A stretch of 64,000 nt of DNA from Antedon mediterranea (lineage: Eukaryota; Animalia; Echinodermata). Positions 53,676-64,000 of this stretch are shown here, in pieces. Position 1 is the stretch's first letter; each line of letters starts with the position of its first letter. Made by a program: the position numbers and the translations under genes. The notes below the pieces were generated by a model. The model did not search any database and had not been told where the DNA came from. It saw only the letters and a list, made by a program, of their open reading frames with translations. The DNA lies in contig NC_092671.1 of the NCBI RefSeq assembly GCF_964355755.1, positions 26,486,070 to 26,550,069 of the forward strand. Reading direction: 5' to 3'.

Positions 53676-56600
53676 CAATATGTTTATACTGTAGGGGGAT
53701 TCTTCTTTTCTCCCAAGAGAATGGAAGCGTAGATAAACGGATGGGCTAAGGGTACAAAGCTACTGAAGTAGTACAAAGCTACTGAAGTAGAATAATAATG
53801 ACATCCTGCTTGTTTTATTTTGGCCACTGAATCCTTATTTCATTCAATATGTTAAACTGATTTGGAATACATTTTTAAATAATTAATTTAAATTTAATGT
53901 GCAATTTTAAAAACTTTTTTATCATAATATTTTAAATAATAATTTCGATGTTGAAAATGTTTTTAGTTAGAAATGTTTGATTGTAATTTTATTTTATGCT
54001 CAGCAAATTGTTTTACTTTGTATTGTAGATGACAGACATTTAAATAAAATTAAATAAATCTTGAAATATGGAATTTCATTTATTGGGAGTATATGCATTG
54101 TATTTTCTGCTTTAATTGATATTGACTCTAGCGATTCAGGAAAACACCTGTTTTATCGCTTTTATGTTAAAACAGAATCAATGTACTTATTGTCAGTTTA
54201 AATGAAGGAAATAATTAAGTTACTCTATTTGAATAAACCCTGTTGTACAGTAGTCCTTGCTAGGTTTTCATCTTAAATTTCACAACAGTTTTTTTTTTAT
54301 AGATGAGAGGTACTTGGCCAGGTTTTAGGTAGGGCTTCCTGTTGTAAGATTTTATAAGTAGGCGATGATCGCATGGCTTCCTGGTTTGTGGGTTTAAGTT
54401 AAAGTATTGTTAAATTATGTCTTTTTTATTTTAATAAACCACATTAGGCAGACTACTGTACAATTAGTCACCAGGATTGAGATAATGTTGTTTCAATTTG
54501 AATAACATAAGGTAATGCTTTTTTACTTTTGTTTTAATGTTCTTTTGTTAGTGGATCGATGTGCAATTTATTCAATATTGATAGCATTTTATTTGTGTAC
54601 AATTGCTGGTGTTTTACTATTATTAGTTTCACCTCAGTGATTGGACATCTTTTTGCTTTATAAAGGGTTTTCCTGTTTAGATATTTAGTTTTGTTATGTA
54701 CTAACATCACAAATATCTCATAGATAGTCCAGTTGAAACAGTTGAAGATCAATGACAATGATTCTTCCATTTTAAGTTGAATTTCAACATTTCTGTTGTT
54801 GCCATAGGCCCCAACATTTTTTTTTTTCAAGTTTGTTTAGTGATCAAATTAAATAAGGCCCCAAATCAAACTTGTTAAATCCTCTCAACCTCTTTCAGAT
54901 AATGTACGTCATTAATCAGCTATGATATTAATATTTGTCTGGTGTCTAGCTTTTGGGTTGTTATTTACCTTTTATTAATATGTCACAATAGGTTTTATCA
55001 GCAGTGATATGTTAATGTTCATTGTCTCATATTTTATCATTATTATAATAATAAAGAGAGGTAATTTACCTCTAGATTGTTAATACCAATTGTATTAAAC
55101 TGTACCACAATTGATTATTTAAACCAGCTGTTGCAACTACGACTTTTATACTTGGATCTCAATATTTTTAATTCATTTTCAAATATTAACTTAGCATGAT
55201 TGTGAGTTTCTAAGCTATTATTCATTTTAGGCTGCAGACAGATGATTGTAAGTAAAGAAACAATTGTAACAACAGTAATTAAAATGAGCATTCAGTCCAA
55301 TAGACAATGCTACACCTACACCTATATACATTTTATATTATTGTACTGTATACAACACACATTGTACATATTACGTTTTTACAAATGGTCAAATACTTTC
55401 ATTGTAAAAAGAAATTTAATTACCACAGTTTTTTTAATTTCTTTAATTTTGACTCGATTTTACACAAAATTTCAGAAATTTCAAGAAATGTTTTTAATCT
55501 TATTTGATTTGAAAGAATAAATGTTAATTAGAATTGAATTGAAAATATTTATAAGTGAAATGAATATAAAATCATAAGATGAAAGATAGAATAGCTGTTT
55601 AACATTGGGGGAGCCATGGTTTGAAATAGACTTGACTTACAATAAATGATATAACAATTGGGATTTGGCCACAGAGTACTGTAGGGCTGTTATAGTATGT
55701 GCACACGACCGGTTTTTGAACCTACATCAACATTAATTAGCCGTGCACAAAAAGTTTACAAGGCCATAATCACCAGTATGGTTAGTAAGGTATCAACCTG
55801 ACCATTTTTTCACTTAAAAAGCCTGCACATAGATGGTTTCCTTTTCTCCTTGCCATTTTATTTCTCATGGCTATGGCATAAACAAATATATAAAACTTGA
55901 GCGGACAATATACATGACATAATGTATATATGGTGTTATGTTACCTGAAAGCCCTGCCATTTCTTTCTGCCTGTTTTTATTTTACCTTTAATTATTTTAT
56001 TTTTACCGTATCCAAGATTCAGCTACTGATTTTTTCAGTAGTAATTTGCCTTTTGATTTTTATAATTTTACTATAAAAGCACTCAAGAAGAAGTTCTAAA
56101 TTCTAAATTTATCTAGCCAGCTACAGCTTAATGTTTCTATCAAATTTAATTTACAACATTTCAGGACATTTCACTTGTAGCTACTGTACAATTACCAATG
56201 TGACTCATATCTATATTTAGATGTTCAAAATTTGAGTCACTTTTTCTCTGGAAATAACAACTAAGTTAAATAATTTCAACCTGCTTAGACTGGCAAGAAA
56301 CATGTTGGGAATTACATTATATTTAACCATTACTTCTGTTTTTAGAAGTTATTATAAAAACAGCATGGTTTTTATTATTAAAATATTCTGCTTAGTTAAA
56401 CTTACAGTATGAAACTTCAACAGATATCAACATTTACACCCTCCTTCAGCCAATTCTCTGTCGTCTGAAGTGGAAGATTATGTTTCGAATCTGTCATACT
56501 GTACAGTATCGACGGTTCCAATAAAAAATGTTTCCATTTTTATGTACATATTATTAATTATTATTTTGTATTATTTATACGGTTAGTTATTATAATTTTA

Positions 56601-57369
56601 TAAATGTTGAATTAACTTTAAATTAATAGGATATAACTTCAGATTATTTAAGTGATTATTATACATTATACTATTTTTTCAAGTCAAGAGACATACATGT
56701 AATCAAAAAAATCATAGTTATGTTTAATATTAATACAGAATATAATGTATGAATACACAAAGCATGACATTTGTATTCTGTTTGATATGCTACAAATGCA
56801 CATTTATTTATTTCTGTCATGACAATGACCATACTAACAATGTCATCCCCATTTTCAACTTGAACATAAACCAAGTTTGTTGGATGGGCTTCAATCCAGC
56901 CTGATCCCACATAGATCATTTTTCTGTGCAATTTCTGCACATTTTGTAATGGGCATATATACCCAAGTGGGCCTACAGTATATGTACCAAGTCAACATAA
57001 CCCAGTATGGATAAATTACAGTACATTACAATATTTTACAATTATTTAGGTGTATCTTTTGCTATGTTGCTAATATAGTGACATCCTGCAGAATAGTAGC
57101 GGAGAGGACATAATATATCTCCTGTTTTTTAGGATATGGCTATTATCCACATTATTATCCACATACAAGTTGATATCAGCTTTGACTCTGTGTGGAAATT
57201 ACAGTATTTCCTCGGAAAGCTCCTAAACTAATCGATCTGTTCTGGCTGGGTGTCCTGGTCGTGATCACATGTTCGATGATTAAATCATTAGTAAGCAGCC
57301 CTTTCAGACATGTTGCTTCCCATTTAGAGTTCTGCAGTTGACACGTACAGTGCGTGAACCGTAGTTAAA

Positions 57370-57732
57370 ATGGGATCGCTGTTTAGTAAAAGGAAATCAA
57401 AGGCCCGAGCCCAAAAGGATTTTAAGAGAAGGGCAGCCACGTTGAATTACAGGCCTAAGAAGAGCGAAATTAAGCACAGACCCCGTGCTGGTACATATAT
57501 GGGAGGTAAAAGACAGCAGTTAAACTCATCCACATTATCTGTTTCTTCTGTAGAAGTTGTTGTGCCTGTAAAAGAACTTGTTGTAAATGAGCCACCTGTA
57601 CAAGAACCACCTGTAAAAGAGCCTTCACGTCATATACGCCAGCCTAGGTCTAGGGATCGCCATAGGAAACAGTGTGTTCCAATCACCCAGGAGGAATTAC
57701 GGAAAGCAAGGGAACTTGAATTTGGAATTGAA
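57370..57732 (+). CDS. Probable alternative first coding exon of the supervillin-like gene (myristoylation motif)
   Basis: aaaATGG start with in-frame TGA at 57355; MGSLFSKRKSKAR...RHRKQCVPITQEELRKARELEFGIE|gtgagt, phase 0; the PIT.EE motif resembles the supervillin R..TQP(I/V)T..E repeats. Confidence 0.72.
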
Positions 57733-59997
57733 GTGAGTATTATTTTTTTGTTCCATAACAAAATCAGAAATTCTATGCATAATTTTGAGTTTCTATGAGT
57801 GCTAAGATAAATAATTGAGATTCTAAGAATATTACGGAAAAAAAACTAGTACATGGTATAATTCCATAAACCCATTTAAAGGATTACAATTGAGTGTAAT
57901 ACAGTACAATATTGTACTGTTGTACACATAATCCAATGTTAAATATATACCATTACGTCAAATAAACAAATAAATGAACAGGATTCAATACTCCTTTTGT
58001 AAAAAAGAATAGCATACAGTACTATACACTAAGACATTTCCCTGTATAGATAGTGGTATTTTTCTATATAAATAAGGCCTACTAATAATGTGCAGTATTG
58101 CTTAATAAGCATATATTTTGTATAGATGATACTATTTTTTCTTCAACATACAAAAATAAAGCCTACTTTTAATTATATTATAAACAAGCATATTTCCCTT
58201 AATAATAATAATAGATATTAAAATAGTCCTGAACTAAGTAAATGAATTAATCCATTAAAAAAAATACATGCGAGTACTGTCATTTAATAAACATTAATTT
58301 AACACACAAATAAACAAATTAAAAAAATGTTAATTCAGTATAGGTAGGGATACCATAGCTGATATGAATGTCATTATATACAGTATAAATCCTCCTCCTA
58401 CTGTATTTCAACAGTTTAATTAAACATGCTTTTTAGAAACTAAGTCTACAGTAAATAAAGTAATCTGTCAATTTTAATTCAATTTGTATACTATCTCCTT
58501 GTACACTTTTCAACATATAATGTATTCCTATACATTTCTTATAAAACTGAATTACATTTTATTACAAAAGAAGAAATATTAGATTGATAAATCGAGGTGT
58601 ATTAATGATTCATTCATTTTCATGTTTTGCTATTTGACACATTTCCCTTCAAAGGTCAAAAAGTAATGATTAATTAATGCTTATTCAGGATACAAAAGTT
58701 ATTGTGTCTTTATACATAATTGCATATGCAAATATACAATGTTTTTTTTAAATTCAAACAAAAACTTTTCTTATATCTAGTCAGGAAATGAATAGCAATA
58801 ATGCAGTGAATGTTTATGATTTGAACGGGGAGAATTGAAAGATTCACTCACAACTGTTCCATTGAACTGTAAATTGTAATAAGTATGCTATTGTAAAACT
58901 GTTATGCACTCCGATTTTTTTTGTGGAACAGAGCAACAAAGAGTTGGTTTTTGATAGAAACATTACATTTGACTGGAACAAAATTACTATGTACTCTATG
59001 AATAACAGAATATATGTTTATTCTATCAAAATGATGACAATTGGAGATATATATTATTTTTGTTGGCAATTAGTCAGTTGTCTAAACCAGTCACTCTGAG
59101 ACCGGAATCAAATTAATTCTGTCCATTGAAAACAAAAAAGACTTTCCAGAAACCAGACAAATGTTGGGATATGCCCAAAGGTATCTAGTAAAACTATTGT
59201 AATTTAAAATATTGACAATTCCAATTCCACCCTATATTTTCCTCCACCCTGACATCTTTAGTCTGCATTTCTTCATAAATTTGAGAGGTCACAACTATTT
59301 CTAAACAATATTGTCTGTAATATGACAATTTGAGCAGATGAAAATCAATAATACACACACTGTAGTATATGATATTAATATTTAAAAATCAATTAAACAT
59401 TTATTGTTTTCAATAACACCTTGAAGTGTCTTTTGTTGTCAGCTTAACAATGGAATTGGTCCAATTTAAATAAAGGCTAATGGTGTATTAATACATTAAT
59501 AAACAATACAAACATTGATTGGCTAAAAATGTTAGCCATTGATAGAAACCAGATATTTCATTAGAATCTTTACAAAATACCAATGTTATTTAGGTCACAC
59601 AGTCAAAATAGAAAACATTAAACATAGAAACTCTTTAAGTTTCATTGCTTAATTATTTTATTGGTGTAGAATAGAAATGTTAAATATTTGAGTGTTTCAT
59701 TTTGTAATACAGTACATCCAAAATGATATAAGATCCCGCCAGGACTTGCACAATCAGTTAAGTAAATTAACTCAGTGTTAACTTACAAATTTAAGTTGTA
59801 TTAAAAGTGTTGTAAAATCAACAAACTGTCGAAAATTTTAAAAATTGCTAATGTTTTCTGGTTGTATTTTTCAAGCGAGAGCATCACAACATTTTGAACC
59901 TACTTTTTAGCAAAGCTACATGAGTCTTGAATCTTTTTTTTCAATAGAATAATGAATATCCAATAAAAATGCTTGCAACTGCAGTTGGGTTGAGTTG

Positions 59998-60685
59998 GGG
60001 TATTGCTAAACACCGCAAACCCCCGCAAACCTCCAAAAAAACATAGAAAACCCCACCGAACCAACATAAAAGTGATTGAATCATGTAGTGGTACAACCCA
60101 CTGGGTATATCAATGAAAAAAAAATTAAATTTCTACTGTTAACAACTTATTTTTGGGGTAAAACATCATTTTTTGGTCAAAAATGATTTCTAAACCCTGC
60201 AAACCTCCAAAAAACCATAGCAAACCCCACCGAACCAACATAAAAGTGATTGAATAATGTAGTGTACGACCCACTGGGTATATAAATTATTAAATTTCTA
60301 CTGTTAACTACTTTTTTGGGGATAAAACATCATTTTTTGGTTAAAAATTAGCAAAAATAAGTAGTTAACAGTAGAAATTTAATATTTTTTTTACATGGAT
60401 ATACCCAGTGGGTTGTACACTAAATGATTCAATCACTTTTATGTTGGTTCGGTGGGGTTTGCTATATTTTTTGGGAGGTTTGCGGGGTTTAGCAATCATT
60501 TTTTACCAAAAAATGATGTTTTACCCCAAAAATAATTAGTTAACAGTAACAATGTAATATTTTTTTTACATGGATATACCCAGTGCGTTGTACACTACAT
60601 GATTCAATCACTTTTATGTTGGTTCGATGGGGTTTGCTATGTTTTTTTGGAGGTTTGCGGGGCTTTGCGGTGTTTAGCAATACCC
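59998..60685. mobile_element. Full-length foldback (Mutator-like) MITE, near-palindromic, four ~175-bp modules
   Basis: gggtattgctaaacaccgcaaa ... tttgcggtgtttagcaataccc; 9-bp flanks gttgagttg / tttgagttg. Confidence 0.9.
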
Positions 60686-62670
60686 TTTGAGTTGCTCATT
60701 TTGCTAGTTACATTTCTTGTAAAAATTTTGATAAAAAATAAATTTATAGACCTGGGTAATATAATAAAGTTGTAGAAAACCTACAATATCAATGTGAGCA
60801 TGCTCTGTCATATTGAAAATAGATTCAACTTTGAATTCTCGATATTTTTGGAAATATATAGTTATTTAAAAAATATATTAGTTTAAATTTGAAAATAAAC
60901 AATATATTAGTCGTAAAAGAATTGCATAGTAGTTTTTATCATTTATTTTCCAATTGTTAAAACCCACGTTTATTTTGTATAGTAATAAAGTAACTTAATA
61001 GGATATTACTAATTGACGAGGAGAAGAGATTTCCTGAATGGAAATTATAACAGCAAAGACATTAGTAAATTTGGTGATCTTGAACTTTGTATTTGAAGTA
61101 ACACAAAATAAATTAAGACATCATTAGAAAGTCATAGCACATAGCTTTAGTATAGTCAAAGTACTCTAAGCATGTTTAGATAAATAATAACTAAAAATAA
61201 TCTTCATTTTGAGGCTGACACCAGCAAAAAAATTTGCTATATGTTAATAATATTAGTCCTGGATTTATAACGTTAAAACCTCTAAGCGTTGTACATGGGC
61301 CTATTATTACCCAAACATGTATGAAAACATACTTCCATAATGCATCTAGTAATCAGCACAAAGTTGTGTCATTTTAATTTACCAACGTCCAACAGACTAT
61401 GCCACACACCCTTAATTACTATATACCTGTGTTTCTAGGATAGCCAAGATTTAAATTTCCAAGTCAAAAGTTAATTATAAACACTGTCAACCATTAATTT
61501 AATTTGCAATACTGCTACCAATCTAAACTATTGGTTACATCTTGGACACAAATGATAAAGCCTTGCTTAATTGTGGCATCTATCGCCAGTTACTTGTGGA
61601 TCATGAGCAAAAGAGTCTGAAAAATCTTCAGCACCAAAGTGAGTGCTCTTTAAGGGTTTTTCAAACCAGGCCAGGCTTTGGCAAATATAATCAAAACACA
61701 ATGTTTTATTTTCATGAAGCGCATATCGATTGAGGCACAGCCGCATGTAGCGTCATGAAAACGAAATGCGTGGTTTTATTTGCAAGATCAGGTATGAAAG
61801 GTCCTTTAAGTGGGTTTTCCCTCAATATGAGTTAGCCGTAGTGTTAAAACATTTATTTTCGGTTGTTTGTCTCGCAGGAAAGTGTCCCCTTGATAGGAAT
61901 ATCCCAAAGAAAGGGTTCAACTGTTAGCCTATACCTTTCTAAAAAATGCAATACCTCATGAACAGTATAAATTACTTTTCTACTATAAACATTACAATAT
62001 TAAAAATTGTTTACAATTTTCAAACAAATCTAATAAGAGTATAATAAACTAATTAACGTGTAATGCAACATTAATCCTCTGTTTGTAACAGAAAGTCACG
62101 TCTTCCAACTTCCCACATCCTTTCAAGAGTGCATTAACATTATACATAGTTCAGGTCTGTGTATGTGGCGAAAATCATCAACTGTAAATGACAATCAATA
62201 CCGGTAGGCATGTTCTGTAAGTATATACCTATGTACAGAATGAAATAAGGAAGGACACATACTGGTACTAACAAAACTAATTATCAACTAAGAATAGTTT
62301 TATTTGAATAATAATAGAACAGCAACGCGAAAAACAAATGGGTGTATTTGAAAAGAAATAGGTTTTTTAAAACAACTCGTATGAAAAAGTCGGTACATTG
62401 AATCAACTTTTGTTTTAAAATTACAAATCACAAATTAAACCCTTGCCTCTTGTCCAAAAATGAGGTTTTTTGGCGCCCCTGCCTTAACCCATAGAGTAAG
62501 CTTAACCGCTTGACCAGTCGACTAATATTTTGGTCCATATCAAAGAATATGTCCATGTTAAAAGAAGATAAAATGCCTGCTATTTAATATATCGTACTGA
62601 AGATAAGTTTTTGTGACATGACCAATGTTTATCAATTTTCCTGAAAATCAATAGGCATGTTCTTTAAGTA

Positions 62671-64000
62671 CAGTGGTGGCGCCAGCCTACGGGGGCTCTA
62701 GCCCCCTCGTCGGGGAGCCTAGCCCCCCCGTCGGGGAATATAACATACAGTAAAAAACGTTCGCGTTCACTTCATATAGCTTCAGCGCCTAGAAAACCAC
62801 GACGTTCCATTGACCGTGAGAGTACGTCAGAGGGCTTTTATGCACTTTTATGCATTCATTATTGCCAGAGATCTAACTACTAAACAATAGCTAGTACGCA
62901 CTTGTTTGGCGGTATCCCTTTGTACGAATCGTTCACCGTTGGGTCGAGACGCGTGATATCATGTTCCATCCAGGGACCAAAATGTGTAATGTAGTTATTT
63001 TCCAGGCGAAGTTTACCGACGGTTACCGAAGGGAACACGGGTACTTTTTGTCGGGGAATATAATATACAGTAAAAAACGTTCGCGTTCACTTGGTAGTTT
63101 CAGCGCCTAGAAAACCGCGACGTCTCATTGACCGTGATAGTACGTCAGAGTGCTATTATGCAATTTATATGCATTCATTATTGCCAGCGATCTAACTTAC
63201 TACTAAACATTAGCTAGGTACGCACTTGTCTGGCGGTATCCCTTTGTACGAATCGTTCAACGTTGGGTCGAGACGCGTGATATCAAGTTCCATCCAGGGA
63301 CCAAAATGTGTAATGTAGTTATTTTCCAGGCGAAGTTTACCGACGGTTCGGGTACTTTTTGTCGGGGAATATAATTCGTTCGCGTTCACTTCGTAGCTTC
63401 AGCGCCTAGAAAACCTCGACGTTTCATTGACCGTGAGAGTACGTCAGAGTGATATTATGCACTTTATATGCATTCATTATTGCCAGCGATCTAACTTAAT
63501 ACTAAACAATAGCTATAGGTACGCACTTGTCTGGCGGTATCCCTTTGTACGAATCGTTCAACGTTGGGTCGTGATATATCAAAATGTGTACTGTAGTTAT
63601 TTTCCAGGCGAAGTTTACCGACGGTTACGTCGTGTACTGTGTCGACGTACGCTACACTACAGCAAAAAAAAATATGTTCACCAATTTTTTAATTTACAAG
63701 TAACCTTCTGTACCGTGGGCCACCTAAAATAAATATTTCATCCATTACTAAACAAAAAAACATGCCATTTTCGCTTAGCCAACATCTTATTATAGCTAAG
63801 TTATTAAATTTTCAATGTCCTGTATGTCATGAATACAAATACAAAAAATACAAAATTTCCCCGACTGAAAAAGGTCTACGCTTGCGTTTTTTAAGCCTCT
63901 GGGCCTGATGTTTCCAAAGTATAAAATGCAATTTTTTGAAGACCTGCAGCTCTAGTTTTAAACATTTTCTTAGCTCAGCCCCAACAATAAAGCTGGTCAT
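62671..64000. mobile_element. TIR-type element starting cagtggtggcgccagc, with an internal ~310-bp tandem array x3
   Basis: Units start gtcggggaatataa at 62730, 63050 and 63361; tagcccc subterminal motifs; right end not seen. Confidence 0.7.

Overview
AT-rich, intron- and repeat-rich animal genomic DNA; an invertebrate deuterostome such as an echinoderm is a guess from overall style only. There are no prokaryotic features. Two protein-coding genes are supported. (1) A minus-strand galactose-3-O-sulfotransferase (GAL3ST-like) at about 6.1-7.5 kb, whose transmembrane exon and start exon were rebuilt by hand. (2) A plus-strand supervillin-like gene with six phase-compatible exons (20975-43394), plus a probable alternative first exon at 57370-57732 that starts with an N-myristoylation and polybasic motif; its 5' and 3' ends were not found in the window. 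The rest is dense with non-autonomous mobile elements: Tc1/mariner-pogo, PIF/Harbinger (one keeping a Myb/SANT ORF), Kolobok-like, Mutator-like foldbacks, Helitrons, a Helentron/HINE, Nin-domain SINEs and a truncated LINE. The most striking non-genic signal is frequent TA-CWG-TA, TA-GGCC-TA and TA-CCGG-TA words. In four places, internal controls show such words are small insertions at TA sites, consistent with transposon excision footprints.
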